From Macrostomum lignano (lineage: Eukaryota): a stretch of 64,000 bases of DNA. This document shows, in pieces, positions 1 to 17,433 of the stretch; position 1 is the first letter of the stretch, and each line of letters begins with the position of its first letter. The DNA is taken from assembly GCA_002269645.1 (NCBI GenBank), contig NIVC01000095.1, forward strand, positions 1 through 64,000, read 5' to 3'. The notes under the pieces are model-generated. The model was not told where the DNA came from. It saw only the letters and a list, made by a program, of their open reading frames with translations, and did not search any database. Made by a program: the position numbers and the translations under genes.

Positions 1-261
<261 letters not shown>

Positions 262-1699
262 GGACAGAAACAAACACAGACCTGCAGACACACAGAACAC
301 AGACAAAAGCGGCAATCCTGCAGACCAGAAGACCGATAGAAGAGCTTCTAAGCCAAAATCTGAAGCAGAAATCAGCAAAAAAGGGCAGTTCGAGAGCTGC
401 CGTCAGGATCCCCAATCTGCGTGAGGGAGATGGGGAGAGATGCGGAGAGATCAGAGGCTGTGGGATTAAAAGCATTCGCCGCCAGCAACAAAAACAATAG
501 TTGAAAAGCTACGCAGCCAAGACGCAGCCAACAGCTAAAATATAGAAAAATGAGGGAAATCTCTGCCGCTTTTCAAGTCAAGTCAAGACCCTAAGACCCC
601 AAAACGTAACCCCGCTGATTCAGTTCCCTGACAAGACTTGACGCGAGGTCCCGTCAAAAAAAACCTTACTTTCTGATCTTTATAAAAAAATAACTGCTTG
701 ACCTCGACCAAGGACTACTTGTTTGGAACTACTGCAGGAATCTGGATTGGGTTCAACAAGAATTGAAAGTCTGTAAAGCAGATCTTCTTGAAAACTCAAC
801 ATTGAAGCTTACGAAACTCGTCTTTCGGATTAAACTGTTTCTGTCACAATGAGAAAGTCACAGGGTTACGCACTGTAATGACTGTAGGCTAAACTACTTC
901 CAAATTCTATTTCAGACACTCCTTGCCACAGCGCAGGCGACCTCACATTCCCAAGTTCACTCTCTCTCTCTCTCTTGCCCAAAAACCCAAAGTAAAGTTA
1001 ACTGGTTGCGCAACCGCAAGTCCCGCCCGCCGCGCCTGATTTTAAACGACAGACAAACAAAGAAGTTTTTAGCGAGGAGGGGGGACATCCTAGGACATTG
1101 GGAAGCTTTGGCTGGGAAAAACCAGGGCAAAAACAGAGAAGGAAGAGGCTTGGACGAGAGGACAAACTCGACTGCTGGATTAACTGTCATCCCCTTTTGG
1201 CCATCCCCCCTCTCTCTCTACTTTCCCCTCGCTTCGTTTCACATCCGATTAGCTGAGGAAGTTATTCTGCTTAGCCAAGTTAGCTAAAAAAGAAGAACTA
1301 ACCGAAAACACAGCATAGAGAAAGGCCTTTAAAGCTTTCTTCAAGTCGTCTTTTTATCCGCGCTAACTCCCTGCAGTTTGAGAAGTGAGACGGGCGCATG
1401 CAGTCAACACAGAGAGAAATTGGTAGAAAATCTCTATTAGAGCCACTCAACTTAGAATTGGCTTTTTAGCCCTTAAGCCCCCAAACCCCTTAGCTTGCCT
1501 CCGAAGCAACTCGTCAATTTAATTGGCAAAAATAGCAGAGATAAAAAGTCGATAACAACGGAACTCCTCTTGCCTTTTATCAATAGATTTTTAGGGCACA
1601 TTTATTTAACTAAACAGTCTCTGTCACTCGTCAACTCTATATGCCTTGAGTTCAAAACTGCCGCTCTATTCTTCCTCTATCTCAGTCTCAATCTCAATC

Positions 1700-4535
1700 T
1701 CTGTTCCCTATCTGTTCACTCTCGAATTGTCACTCTCCCTATCTGCTCTCTTTCGAATTGTCACTCTCCCTATCTGCTCTCTTTCGAATTGTCACTCTCC
1801 CTATCTGTTTCTCTTCGAATTGTCACTCTCCCTATCTGTTCTCTTTCGAATTGTCACTCTCCCTATCTGTTCTCTTCGAATTGTCACTCTCCCTATCTGC
1901 TCTCTTTCGAATTGTCACTCTCCTTATCTGTTCTCTTTCGAATTGTCACTCTCCTATCTGTTCACTCTCTGTTTGTCACTCTCCCTATCTGTTCACTTTC
2001 GAATTGTCACTCTCCCTATCTGTTCACTTTCGAATTGTCACTCTCCCTATCTGTCTCTTTCGAATTGTCACTCTCCCTATCTGTTCTCTTTCGAATTGTC
2101 ACTCTCCTATCTGTTCACTCTCTGTGTGTCACTCTCCCAATCTGTTCTCTTTCGAATTGTCAGTCTCCCTATCTGTTCACTCTCGAATTGTCACTCTCCC
2201 TATCTGTTCACTCTCTGTGTGTCACTCTCCCTATCTGTTCACTTTCGAATTGTCACTCTCCCTATCTGTTCACTCTCGAATTGTCACTCTCCCTATCTGT
2301 TCTCTTTCGAATTGTCACTCTCCCTATCTGCTCTCTTTCGAATTGTCACTCTCCCTATCTGTTCTCTTTCGAATTGTCACTCTCCCTATCTGTTCTCTTT
2401 CGAATTGTCACTCTCCCTATCTGTTCTCTTTCGAATTGTCACTCTCCCTATCTGCTCTCTTTCGAATTGTCACTCTCCTTATCTGTTCTCTTTCGAATTG
2501 TCAGTCTCCCTATCTGTTCACTCTCGAATTGTCACTCTCCCTATCTGTTCACTCTCGAATTGTCACTCTCCCTATCTGTTCTCTTTCGAATTGTCACTCT
2601 CCCTATCTGTTCTCTTCGAATTGTCACTCTCCCTATCTGCTCTCTTCGAATTGTCACTCTCCCTATCTGTTCTCTTTCGAATTGTCACTCTCCCTATCTG
2701 TTCTCTTTCGAATTGTCACTCTCCCTATCTGTTCTCTTTCGAATTGTCACTCTCCCTATCTGCTCTCTTTCGAATTGTCACTCTCCTTATCTGTTCTCTT
2801 TCGAATTGTCACTCTCCCTATCTGTTCACTCTCTGTTTGTCACTCTCCCTATCTGTTCACTTTCGAATTGTCACTCTCCCTATCTGTTCACTTTCGAATT
2901 GTCACTCTCCCTATCTGTTCTCTTTCGAATTGTCACTCTCCCTATCTGTTCTCTTTCGAATTGTCACTCTCCCTATCTGTTCACTCTCTGTGTCACTCTC
3001 CCAATCTGTTCTCTTTCGAATTGTCAGTCTCCCTATCTGTTCACTCTCGAATTGTCACTCTCCCTATCTGTTCACTCTCTGTGTGTCACTCTCCCTATCT
3101 GTTCACTTTCGAATTGTCACTCTCCTATCTGTTCACTCTCGAATTGTCACTCTCCCTATCTGTTCACTCTCTGTTTGTCACTCTCCTTATCTGTTCACTC
3201 TCGAATTGTCACTCTCCCTATCTGTTCACTTTCGAATTGTCACTCTCCTATCTGTTCATCTGGAATTGTCACTCTCCTATCTGTTCACTCTCGAATTGTC
3301 ACTCTCCTTATCTGTTCTCTTTCGAATTGTCACTCTCCTTATCTGTTCACTCTCGAATTGTCACTCTCCTTATCTGTTCACTCTCGAATTGTCACTCTCC
3401 CTATCTGTTCTCTTTCGAATTGTCACTCTCCCAATCTGTTCTCTTTCGAATTGTCACTCTCCCTATCTGTTCACTTTCGAATTGTCACTCTCCCTATCTG
3501 TTCACTCTCTGTTTGTCAATCTCCCTATCTGTTCTCTTTCGAATTGTCACTCTCCCTATCTGTTCACTCTCTGTTTGTCACTCTCCCTATCTGTTCTCTT
3601 TCGAATTGCCACTCTCCCTATCTGTTCTCTTTCGAATTGTCACTCTCCCTATCTGTTCTCTTTCGAATTGTCACTCTCCCTATCTGTTCACTCTCGAATT
3701 TTCACTCTCCTTATCTGTTCTATTTCAAATTGTCACTCTCCCTAACTGTTCTCTTTCGAATTGTCACTCTCCCTATCTGTTCTCTTTCGAATTGTCACTC
3801 TCCCTATCTGTTCACTCTCGAATTGTCACTCTCCCTATCTGTTCTCTTTCGAATTGTCACTCTCCCTATCTGTTCACTCTCGAATTGTCACTCTCCCTAT
3901 CTGTTCACTCTCGAATTGTCACTCTCCCTATCTGTTCTCTTTCGAATCGTCACTCTCCCTATCTGTTCACTTTCGAATTGTCACTCTCCCTATCTGTTCA
4001 CTTTCGAATTGTCACTCTCCCTATCTGTTCTCTTTCGAATTGTCACTCTCCCTATCTGTTCTCTTTCGAATTGTCACTCTCCCTATCTGTTCTCTTTCGA
4101 ATTGTCACTCTCCCTATCTGTTCTCTTTCGAATTGTCACTCTCCCTATCTGTTCTCTTTCGAATTGTCACTCTCCTTATCTGTTCATCTGGAATTGTCAG
4201 TCTCCCTATCTGTTCACTCTCGAATTGTCACTCTCCCTATCTGTTCACTCTCGAATTGTCACTGTCCCTATCTGTTCACTTTCGAATTGTCACTCTCCCT
4301 ATCTGTTCTCTTTCGAATTGTCACTCACCTTATCTGTTATCTTTCGAATTGTCACTCTCCCTATCTGTTCACTCTCGAATTGTCACTCTCCTTATCTGTT
4401 CACTTTCGAATTGTCACTCTCCTTATCTGTTCTATTCGAATTGTCACTCTCCCTATCTGTTCACTCTCGAATTGTCACTCTCCTTATCTGTTCACTCTCG
4501 AATTGTCACTCTCCCTATCTGTTCACTCTCTGTTT
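1700..4535. repeat. Minisatellite, 31-bp unit (TTCGAATTGTCACTCTCCCTATCTGTTCTCT), ~2.8 kb
   Basis: AATTGTCACT recurs at 2341 and 2372 (period 31). Head-to-tail units with point variants and no spacers. Explains the 1048, 940 and 699 aa ORFs. Confidence 0.97.
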
Positions 4536-5254
4536 GTCACCCTACCTCTGTCACAGTATCGCCTTTTTCGCTCTATGTAGTTTTCATCCAAACTTTTCAC
4601 TGTCCATAACTTTTCGCTCTCTTAAGCACATTTTTGTTTAAGCTCAGTCCACGCACCTATACTTTTGTACTAATTAACAGAGAGAAAACAACTAAAGTAG
4701 AAACTGCAATTTAACACTACAATCAAAGCCTGCTCCTCAACCAGTCAGTCAGAGAAGCAAGTCAAAGGACAAACCCAACAGATTTTTTGCCTCATCTGTT
4801 TAGCCCTCTAATTACAGGGAACTCAAAAGCAACGCTCATGTGACAGTATTATATAATTAATACGCTGAGCCTTTTGAGCTGGTTCTTTCTTACAAACAAA
4901 GAGCGTCATTTTAAGTCAAGGTATTTTGTTTAGCGTAGTTATAGTGGGTTTGCGTTCAGCCGAAAAACACACTGATAAAAGAATTAGGCCACTTCAGCCT
5001 TGATACACGGACCACTTGACGAAAGAAAGCTGCCCCTTGATGCTTTTAACGATTGGGAGTTTATATTAAACGCAATCAAATATTAATAAACTCAATGAAG
5101 TGTGGTGGGCCAAAAAATGCTGGCTATTAAATTGATATCAAGACCACCCAGACTAAAAGTACATTTTGGGATAAAATTTCGTGTTAAATGATATAGAAAT
5201 TCCAACTTACGGGGTAGGAATTATGGTGAAATCTCATCTTAAGAAACTCGTACT

Positions 5255-6390
5255 CACCCTAGGATATCTCACCCTAGGATAATCTCACTAGGATAATCTC
5301 ACCCCAGTAAATAATTAATCTCACTAGGATAATCTCACCCTAGTAAATTAATAATCTGACTAGGAAAATCTCACCCCAGTAAATTAATAATCTCACTAGG
5401 ATAATCTCACCCCAGTAAATTAATAATCTCACTAGGATATCTCACCCCAATAAATTAATAATCTCACTAGGATAATCTCACCCCAGTAAATTAATAATCT
5501 CACTAGGATATCTCACCCCAATAAATTAATAATCTCACTAGGATAATCTCACCCCAATAAATTAATAATCTCACTAGGATAATCTCACCCCAGTAAATTA
5601 ATAATCTCACTAGGATAATCTCACCCTAGTAAATTATTAATCTCACTAGGATAATCTCACCCAGTAAATTAATAATCTCACTAGGATAATCTCACCCCAG
5701 TAAATTAATAATCTCACTAGGATATCTCACCCCAATAAATTAATAATCTCACTAGGATAATCTCACCCCAGTAAATTAATAATCTCACTAGAATATCTCA
5801 CCCCAATAAATTAATAATCTCACTAGGATAATCTCACCCCAGTAAATTAATAATCTCACTAGGATAATCTCACCCCAGTAAATTAATAATCTCACTAGGA
5901 TAATCTCACCCCAGTAAATTAATAATCTCACTAGGATAATCTCACCCTAGTAAATTAATAATCTCACTAGGATAATCTCACCCTAGTAAATTAATAATCT
6001 TACTAGGATAATCTCACCCCAGTAAATTAATAATCTCACTAGGATAATCTCACCCTAGTAAATTAATAATCTTACTAGGATAATCTCACCACAGTAAATT
6101 AATAATCTCACTAGGATAATCTCTCCCGATAAATTGATACTCTCAGTAGGATAATCTAACCCCAGTAAATAGACAATCTCACTAGGATAATATCACCCCA
6201 ATAAATTGATACTCTCACTAGGATAATCTAACTCCAGTAAAAAGATAATCTCACTACGATAATCTCACTACAATAGAGTGATAATCTCACCCAAGTAAAC
6301 TCATACTCCCACTAGGATAATCTCACCCTAGTAAATAGATAATCTCACTAGGATAATCTCACCTCAATAAATTATGACTCTCACTAGGGT
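5255..6390. repeat. Minisatellite, 36-bp unit (AATCTCACTAGGATAATCTCACCCCAGTAAATTAAT)
   Basis: CACTAGG recurs at 5821 and 5857. Each unit has two AATCTCAC-led halves. The array degenerates at both ends. Confidence 0.95.
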
Positions 6391-6937
6391 AATCTTAAAA
6401 TAAAGTCATAAAATCCTAGGAAGCCGTGAAACAAGAACAGGGTTAGGATGACAAATTCCCTTAGGATGACAAACAGATAGATAAAAGAAGACAAAACCAA
6501 TCCAGATTAAAAAAAAGCAATTTATGTTGCAGAACATGCAATCCCCCAAGCCGAGATGAAGAGATCTGCTACAATCCTTACACAAGAGGCTGCGAAATCA
6601 AAGGTACAGCCGGAGGTGAAGATGAAGATAGAAATTCTCGGCTGAAGAAGACGTATAGGGGAGCAGAAGATGGCTTATCTTGAAGAAGCGCCAAGACAAG
6701 ATGAGGAGCGGCTTACGCCGGGGATAATCTACAAACAAAATAATGACTAAAAGCCTAATTGAGTGGCGTGAGCGACTGACTGGCAACTGACCGCGGCCTA
6801 AGGTCACATATAGAGGCATTGAATAGGGTAGGGAATGCAGTGCTGCGTAAGCTAGTGCATTATTACAGTAACTGGGAAATGATGCACACACGATGCATGG
6901 CAACTAAGTTAGATGTCTACTCGTATTCTGTCTGTGC

Positions 6938-7667
<730 letters not shown>

Positions 7668-8443
7668 AAATAGGTAATTGGATAGGTAGATCAGACAAAA
7701 AACAATTTCACAAACAGCCTCGCACGCACGAGTACTTGGCACTAGCGAACACGAGCTGCTATTACAAGGCCAAGTGTACCTCAGTCAGCCACTGCAGGCA
7801 CCAGTTCGAATCGTCGCTAGAACGCACACAGACACAGCAATTACCGGTAGTTTCCAGCATAGGAAACGCAGCATTTCGGCAGAAAACGCCCCGTCTTATT
7901 TGTGTAGCCAGAGAGTTAATTAACCATAATTCCCTACTAATTGCTACATTTACAACTGGTAATGACGGGGGAAGGTACGATGAAGTACGCAGGTATTCAA
8001 GACAAGAACAAGTTCGCAAAACGCACACATAATAGATCCTACAGCCTACTGCCGAACCAGTGCATGGACTCAATCGAAACCTACTACTAGACAGAGAAAG
8101 CACACACACTGTCAACTCTCTGATACAATTCTACTTGAGTCTCCGATGCAGCAGACATGAGTCACAGCTCAGTCCAACGCGCACATGAGAGGCAGCCTAA
8201 CATGTAAGAAAACTAATTAATCACAGCACGCAAGCGGACAGGACAAAAATGGAAATCTTCATGTTTGCTTATTTTTTAGCTCGTATCTGTGCTATAGTCC
8301 TGGTGGGTTCTTCAGAATGCAAAAATAAATGCGCGCAGGCCCAATTTATATAGATCTGCTAAAAGCACAGCTCGATTCGCTTTGGGTAGTAATTACAGGG
8401 CTAGGAGTCTTTACTAGAATTGTGCTTGTAGCTTGCAGTACAT

Positions 8444-8884
<441 letters not shown>

Positions 8885-9425
8885 AGACAGATGGATAGAC
8901 AGGCAGATGGATAGACAGGCAGATGGATAGACAGGCAGATGGATAGACAGGCAGATGGATGGACAGGCAGATGGATAGACAGGCAGATGGATGGAGAGGC
9001 AGATAGATAGACAGGCAGATGGATAAACTGGCAGATGGATAGACAGGCAGATGGATAGACAGGCAGATGGATGGACAGGCAGATGGATAGACAGGCAGAT
9101 GGATAGACAGGCAGATAGATAGACAGGCAGATGAATAGACAGGCAGATAGATAGACAGGCAGATGGATGGACAGGCAGATGGATGGACAGGCAGATGGAT
9201 GGACAGGCAGATGGATGGACAGGCAGATGGATAGACAGGCAGATGGATAGACAGGCAGATAGATAGACAGGCAGATGAATAGACAGGCAGATAGATAGAC
9301 AGGCAGATGGATGGACAGGCAGATGGATGGACAGGCAGATGGATGGACAGGCAGATGGATGGACAGGCAGATGGATGGACAGGCAGATGGATGGACAGGC
9401 AGATGGATGGACAGGCAGATGGATA
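8885..9425 (+). repeat. 16-bp minisatellite AGATGGATAGACAGGC, contiguous with the (AGAT)n array
   Basis: Unit is four tetramers (AGAT-GGAT-AGAC-AGGC) repeated in tandem. Confidence 0.93.
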
Positions 9426-10256
9426 GCTAGTTTGTATTCAGACTAGCAGAATCCACCGTCACATCTTCGGACTGACCCGTTCCAGACTGTTTCATTGGAG
9501 CTTTAGGCAAAATTTTGTGTCGAGTAAAAAATTTAGGAGCAGCAATTTTGTTACGTCTGCATCGCTTCCTTAAAGCCCAGATCTTGGTTTGCATCTTTTA
9601 ATCGGTTGCCTCCTCGCTACATTATCGTTGCAATTACTAGAAACATAGCCAGTTCTGTCTTTTCTACTCTGTCGGCCTGTTTTGTAAATTTTTTTATAGT
9701 TTCCGATGCTGAGATTTTTTAAAGCAAGCCCAGACTGTTTCAACAATTCAGTCAGCGCAATGTCATATAGTTAAAAAGGAATTCAGAGTGGAAAAACTGC
9801 ATCCGCATTGGTGCAGGAAAACTCATAGAAACTGACTCGCATTGAGCTGATAGAAATGGAATTGATGAGATTCTGCTGGCTGACTGCAATTGCGAATAGC
9901 GCTATTCCAAATGATTACTTATTGGGTTGGCTCTAGCTAGATGTTGCAGATATTGCTTTTGCTTGTATAAGTGCTGTCTTCTGCTTTCGGTTCCGCCTCT
10001 CGAGCTGACAAGCAGAAGAGCGATGTTCTCTGTTGAGAGTTCTGCTTGAGCGAATCAATGTCGAGTTTCCAGGCTCTGATCTTCATCTCCTCTGCATTTC
10101 CTCCTCTCACTAACTGTTGGGGTGTGAACTAATTTTAAAATAGAATATCTTCTAGTCACTGATCGTTCCTATTTATATGCCTGTATTTAGTTGTTTTAGA
10201 AAAAGATAGACTTTTCTGTGCGGGACTAAAATGAGGGATTTGAAAATAGAGACACA

Positions 10257-11290
10257 GTGAGATGGGATGGGAGAGATATAGGGAGATGGGATGGGAGAGA
10301 CATTGGGAGATGGGATACGAGAGACATTGGGAGATGGGATGGGAGAGACATTGGGAGATGGGATACGAGAGACATTGGGAGATGGGATGGGAGAGACATT
10401 GGGAGATGGGATACGAGAGACATTGGGAGATGGGATGGGAGAGACACAGGGAGATGGGATGGGAGAGACATAGTGAGATGGGATGGGCGAGACATAGTGA
10501 GATGGGATGGGAGGGACATAGTGAGATGGGATGGGATAAACATAGTGAGATGGGATGGGAGAGACATAGTGAGATGGGATGGGATAAACATAGTGAGATG
10601 GGATGGGAGAGACATAGTGAGATGGGATGGGAGAGACATGATGGGATGGGAGAGACATAGTGAGATGGGATGGGAGAGACATAGTGAGATGGGATGGGAG
10701 AAACATAGTGAGATGGGATGGGATAAACATAGTGAGATGGGATGGGAGAGACATAGTGAGATGGGATGGGAGAGACATGATGGGATGGGAGAGACATAGT
10801 GAGATGGGATGGGAGAGACATAGTGAGATGGGATGGGAGAGACATTGGGAGATGGGATGGGAGAGACATAGGGAGATGGGATGGGAGAAACATAGTGAGA
10901 TGGGATGGGATAAACATAGTGAGATGGGATGGGAGAGACACAGGGAGATGGGATGGGAGAGACATGATGGGATGGGAGAGACATAGTGAGATGGGATGGG
11001 AGAAACATAGTGAGATGGGATGGGATAAACATAGTGAGATGGGATGGGATAAACATAGTGAGATGGGATGGGAGAGACATGATGGGATGGGAGAGACATA
11101 GGGAGATGGGATGGGAGAAACATAGTGAGATGGGATGGGAGAGACATAGTGAGATGGGATGGGAGAGACATGATGGGATGGGATGGGAGAGACATAGTGA
11201 AATGGGATGGAAGAGACATAGTGAGATGGGATGGGAGAGACATGATGGGATGGGAGAGACATAGGGAGATGGGATGGAATGGGATGGGAG
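10257..11290. repeat. 24-bp minisatellite GAGACATAGTGAGATGGGATGGGA
   Basis: GATGGGAGAG recurs at 10741 and 10765. Translates as RWDGRDIV repeats in the ORF track. Confidence 0.95.
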
Positions 11291-12095
11291 ACATGGGTTA
11301 CGAGAGACATTGGAAGACGGGGAGAGAGGTAGGGGTATCTACACATACAGTGAGACAGCAAACCGTCAAACTTGGCGCTCCAATTCACAGACGTACAGCA
11401 CGCCACCATGCGGGGGGGGTGGCTGAACCAAAGAATTCACACAGAAACCCAAATAAGAGCGGCAGTCACCTCGCTTTAGCCTTTAACTGTTGGAGGGCAA
11501 ACAACAGTCGAAGTTAACGCAATAATTGCTACGCAAAGGTCGAGTCGAGATCAAGGCGATCTCGAACCGAAATCTAGGAGAAGCTTTGACTTCATATTAG
11601 TTAAGACGAGGCGGGAAAGATTTCTAATCCAAATTCTAGTTGAAGTTATCCTTGGCCTACTTAAACCGCTAGCGAAATTTATTTACAAGACCGACAAGAG
11701 GCATTGAAGGCGCTGCCTACATCTGCAGAACTGGACCTCTCTGTCATCGGGTTATAACATTTCTCTCTTTTTCTTTTAAAGCACATAGAAATTATTGTAA
11801 AAGCAGGGTTTGCACAATTGCGCAATCCACTTAAAACTTCTCAACTTTGCAGCATTTCGCAATTTCCGGACCTGGCTTGGGGAAGCAAGAATGACAAGAC
11901 AAAAACACACACACACACACACACGGTCGATTGTCTTTAAGACAAAGAGTTTTTCTCCAAAAAAAGAAATCCTTCCCTGTAGTGTCGATTTGGGTCCGAT
12001 TTCAAATCAAAATTTTCTCTATTAGCGCCTGAAGCAAGAAAAAGACCCGAGTTCGATTCCGCAGATATAGCGGCTCGCGTGGTGTTCCGCTAAAC

Positions 12096-13214
12096 CAGGG
12101 TTCTGTATATTCCGGGCCTCGGGTCCTTTGAAACTTCACAATAGCAATCCGGCACGGTCAATTTTTGTCTCGCCTCAGCTCTCTCCTCTCCCTCTTTTCT
12201 CACCTCTCCCTCTCGTCTCTCTTCTCCCTTTTTTCTCACCTCTCCCTCTCGTCTCTCTTCTCTCTCTTTTCTCTCTTCTCTCTCTTTTCTCTCTCCTCTC
12301 CCTCTCGTCTCTCCTCTCCCTCTTTTCTCACATCTCCCTCTTCTCTCTCCTCTCCCTCTTTTCTCACATCTCCCTCTCGTCTCTCTTCTCCCTCTTCTCT
12401 CTCCTCTCCCTCTTCTCTCTCCTCTCCCTCTTCTCTCACCTCTCCCTCTTCTCTCACCTCTCCCTCTTCTCTCTCCTCTCCCTCTTCTCTCACCTCTCCC
12501 TCTTTTCTCACATCTCCCTCTCCTCTCTCCTCTCCCTCTTCTCTCTCCTCTCCCTCTTCTCTCTCCTCTCCCTCTTCTCTCACCTCTCCCTCTTCTCTCT
12601 CCTCTCCCTCTCGTCTCTCCTCTCCCTCTTCTCTCTCCTCTCCCTCTTCTCTCTCCTCTCCCTCTTCTCTCTCCTCTCCCTCTTCTCTCACCTCTCCCTC
12701 TTCTCTCTCCTCTCCCTCTTCTCTCTCCTCTCCCTCTTCTCTCTCCTCTCCCTCTTCTCTCTCCTCTCCCTCTTCTCTCTCCTCTCCCTCTTCTCTCTCC
12801 TCTCCCTCTTCTCTCTCCTCTCACTCTTCTCTCTCCTCTCCCTCTTCTCTCTCCTCTCCCTCTTCTCTCTCCTCTCACTCTTCTCTCTCCTCTCCCTCTT
12901 CTCTCTCCTCTCCCTCTTCTCTCTCCTCTCCCTCTTCTCTCTCCTCTCCCTCTCGTCTCTCCTCTCCCTCTTCTCTCTCCTCTCCCTCTTCTCTCTCCTC
13001 TCCTTCTTCTCTCTCCTCTCCCTCTTCTCTCCTCTAATCTCCTTTTTTCTATTTTCTTCTCTCCTCTTCTCTTATCGTATCTCTCGCACATCAATCTCGC
13101 CTCTTACCTCTCCTCTCTTTTGTCATCTTTCATCCCCTGTTTCTTCTTCTCTCAGCAACAATGATTTAAATCCCTTTATCTAGCCGATAAAGTAAAACAG
13201 TTTGCCGACTCCTG
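12096..13214. mobile_element. Non-autonomous hAT (Charlie-like) element filled with a CT-rich repeat
   Basis: Right end AGTTTGCCGACTCCTG (reverse complement CAGGAGTCGGCAAACT) resembles the TIR of the 42854 element. Flanks CGCTAAAC (12088-12095) and CGCTGAAC (13215-13222) match 7/8. Left part shares GGTCCTTTGAAACTTCACAATAGCAATCCGG with 61885+. Left TIR partly deleted. Confidence 0.7.
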
Positions 13215-14126
13215 CGCTGAACCTTGAGCACGTGAACACGCTCACACAGGGTGTACTTCAACCCAGACTTTCTAAACCGTCAAACAGTGCTAACTTCACT
13301 GTGCCTTTAAGGGTGTTGGCCATCGTGGGCGTGAATCGAGCGACTACATTAATAATTATAATACAGTCAATCAATTGATCTGTGACAAATATCAAACAAA
13401 CGCAGAGAATTAGATCATTTCCAATTCGTTGCTTATCTAAAGAATATAAGCAATCTCGATATTATTAAAACGCTTGATTGACAGGTCAATAGAAGGCAAA
13501 AACATATTCGACAGGCTGTCTCTCTTCAATCGCCAATCGATAAAGCAGACAGAGACAAGCGAATTCGTGCCAAAGGCTGGCTGGCTTTAAACAAGCAGAT
13601 AGAGAGGAGGAAAGAACAAATAATCACTCTGTGAAAAGACAACAAAGGAGACCATACAGGGGAGAGAGAGAGAGAGAGAGAGAAAGGAAGGAAGGCGCGG
13701 GAGCGGCGGGGAGTTAAGGGTTGCTCTTGGCTCAAATCCTGAATCGCGACGGATTTGAGGCCGGGCGGAGATAATCCGGCGAGGGCAGCCGTGACAGACA
13801 CGACAGCAGAAAGCTGAGAGAAAGAGAAGTGAAGGGACTAAAATAAAAAGAGGCTTGACTTTTGATTGGGTCAACTGCCGTGACCTCACGCTGACTGTCT
13901 CTGACGACTGTAATCCGAAAGTAAACTTTCTGCTCTTATTATAAAATAAGCTGCCGCCAGCCCGGTGAAATTGCTTTTTTAGATTTTTCTCTACCAGGAA
14001 TCAGTCTATGAGGCTATGGCGCGTTCGGGTGGAATTAGTGCCCCCCACTGACAATCGGGTCACGGGGTGACTCCGGCAGGTTTTCTCGGAATCTTGCTTT
14101 AAACCGAATTTTATTTGGACATAGAC

Positions 14127-15775
<1,649 letters not shown>

Positions 15776-16992
15776 TATTAGATTAGACACACAGACAAGT
15801 CAGTCAGGCAGTGCTAAGAACGCAGAAGAACCCAGAGGGCCAGCTCTACAGAGCCACTATACTGGAGTGACTCGCAGGCTGCCTAAACCCGAAGGCCTAA
15901 TAGCGGAGAAGAAGCAAGGTAAAAGCAACACAGGCCAAAGTAAGAAACTATGCAGCTCGCGGTATTCATTTTTAATAGCCAAGCGGAATGGCAGCGCCTG
16001 ACCCAGAAAACTGCCAAACAGAACAGGCGGGGACAGTTTTTAAAAAAAGCAGAATCGAAAGCAAGGAAGATCAGCTTCCATTAGCATAGAGAAATGGCTT
16101 CATAGTTAAACAATAAGCCCTAACAGGTGGTTCATACCTTCGTGTTTGTAAACATTTAATAATCATATTTTAGTGAATGAATAATACCTAAAGCTAAACA
16201 GGGTACAAAATATATTTCTTGGAAAGCGATAGCTGCCTTGAAGTAAATGGGGGAGTTGCAGTTGGTCATAAATTTAGCGCCGCAGAAAAAATCTTGCAGT
16301 TCTAATCTGAACAGGAACTGCAATTTTAGTTAGTCTGCAGAGATAGAGGCGGTTGTAAAAACCGCAACGTACCATGCATAGTAACATCATGGACTGCTAG
16401 AGCTAGAGTTTCTGGATTGGAAATATTGCGATTTATTACAAGCTTAGGACGTGAAGTCTCACTTATTAGAAAGTTCACTAACTCGAATTTTTAGTTTGTA
16501 TAATAAATATCACAGCTAAACATTGTCATTGTAAAAGTTTCCAATCTAGATCTCTAGTTTCAGACATCCATGATAGTCAAGTTCTGCCTAGCAGGTCGAC
16601 GCGCGCTGTAAAGCTGGCTAATTTTCTTCCTTCCATTCTTCTTTTGCGTCTTTTTGAAGCTAGTAAACATTTTTTGGCTTCTATATACTACCAACGGACC
16701 GTGTTGCGCAATCAAGCTCTGGTTGCTGGGGGGGGGGGGCTCGCTGCCGTGCTTAGATAGGTCTAGGGCAGAAGCATTGTAAAGCGGAGGGCTCGGTCAC
16801 TATTGGTCACGATTGTAAAAGACGGGGCCCTTATTGAGGCCGCAAACATGCTTTGCCAGTCAACTGTGTTAGCTTAGCTCTCATCGTACGAAGTTGAAGC
16901 TGAGATCCAGATGAGTATTGCACATTGTACCCTTGTTGCCCAAGGTGCGGCTTTCGATTCTAATGCGAAGCCAGAAAAGTCTGTCTGTCTGT

Positions 16993-17011
16993 ACAGACAG
17001 GCAGACTGACT

Positions 17012-17063
<52 letters not shown>

Positions 17064-17075
17064 GGCAGACTGACT

Positions 17076-17119
<44 letters not shown>

Positions 17120-17131
17120 GGCAGACTGACT

Positions 17132-17179
<48 letters not shown>

Positions 17180-17180
17180 C

Positions 17181-17275
<95 letters not shown>

Positions 17276-17287
17276 GGCAGACTGACT

Positions 17288-17343
<56 letters not shown>

Positions 17344-17344
17344 C

Positions 17345-17433
<89 letters not shown>
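16993..17433 (+). repeat. (AGAC)n microsatellite
   Basis: Direct, with repeated AGGCAGACTGACTG interruptions. Confidence 0.96.

Noticed and set aside
1495-4641. 1048, 940, 699 and 282 aa ORFs
   Set aside because: Translations of a 31-bp pyrimidine-rich tandem repeat. The same peptide cycles through all frames.
5255-6390. 36-bp repeat as a CRISPR array (also considered for the 31-bp and 41-bp arrays)
   Set aside because: Units are head-to-tail with no unique spacers, there are no cas genes, and the context is eukaryotic.
13587-13889. Signal-peptide-like ORF (PLFILVPSLLFLSAF)
   Set aside because: Starts at GTG, and the hydrophobic stretch is a translated pyrimidine tract running into a (TC)n repeat.
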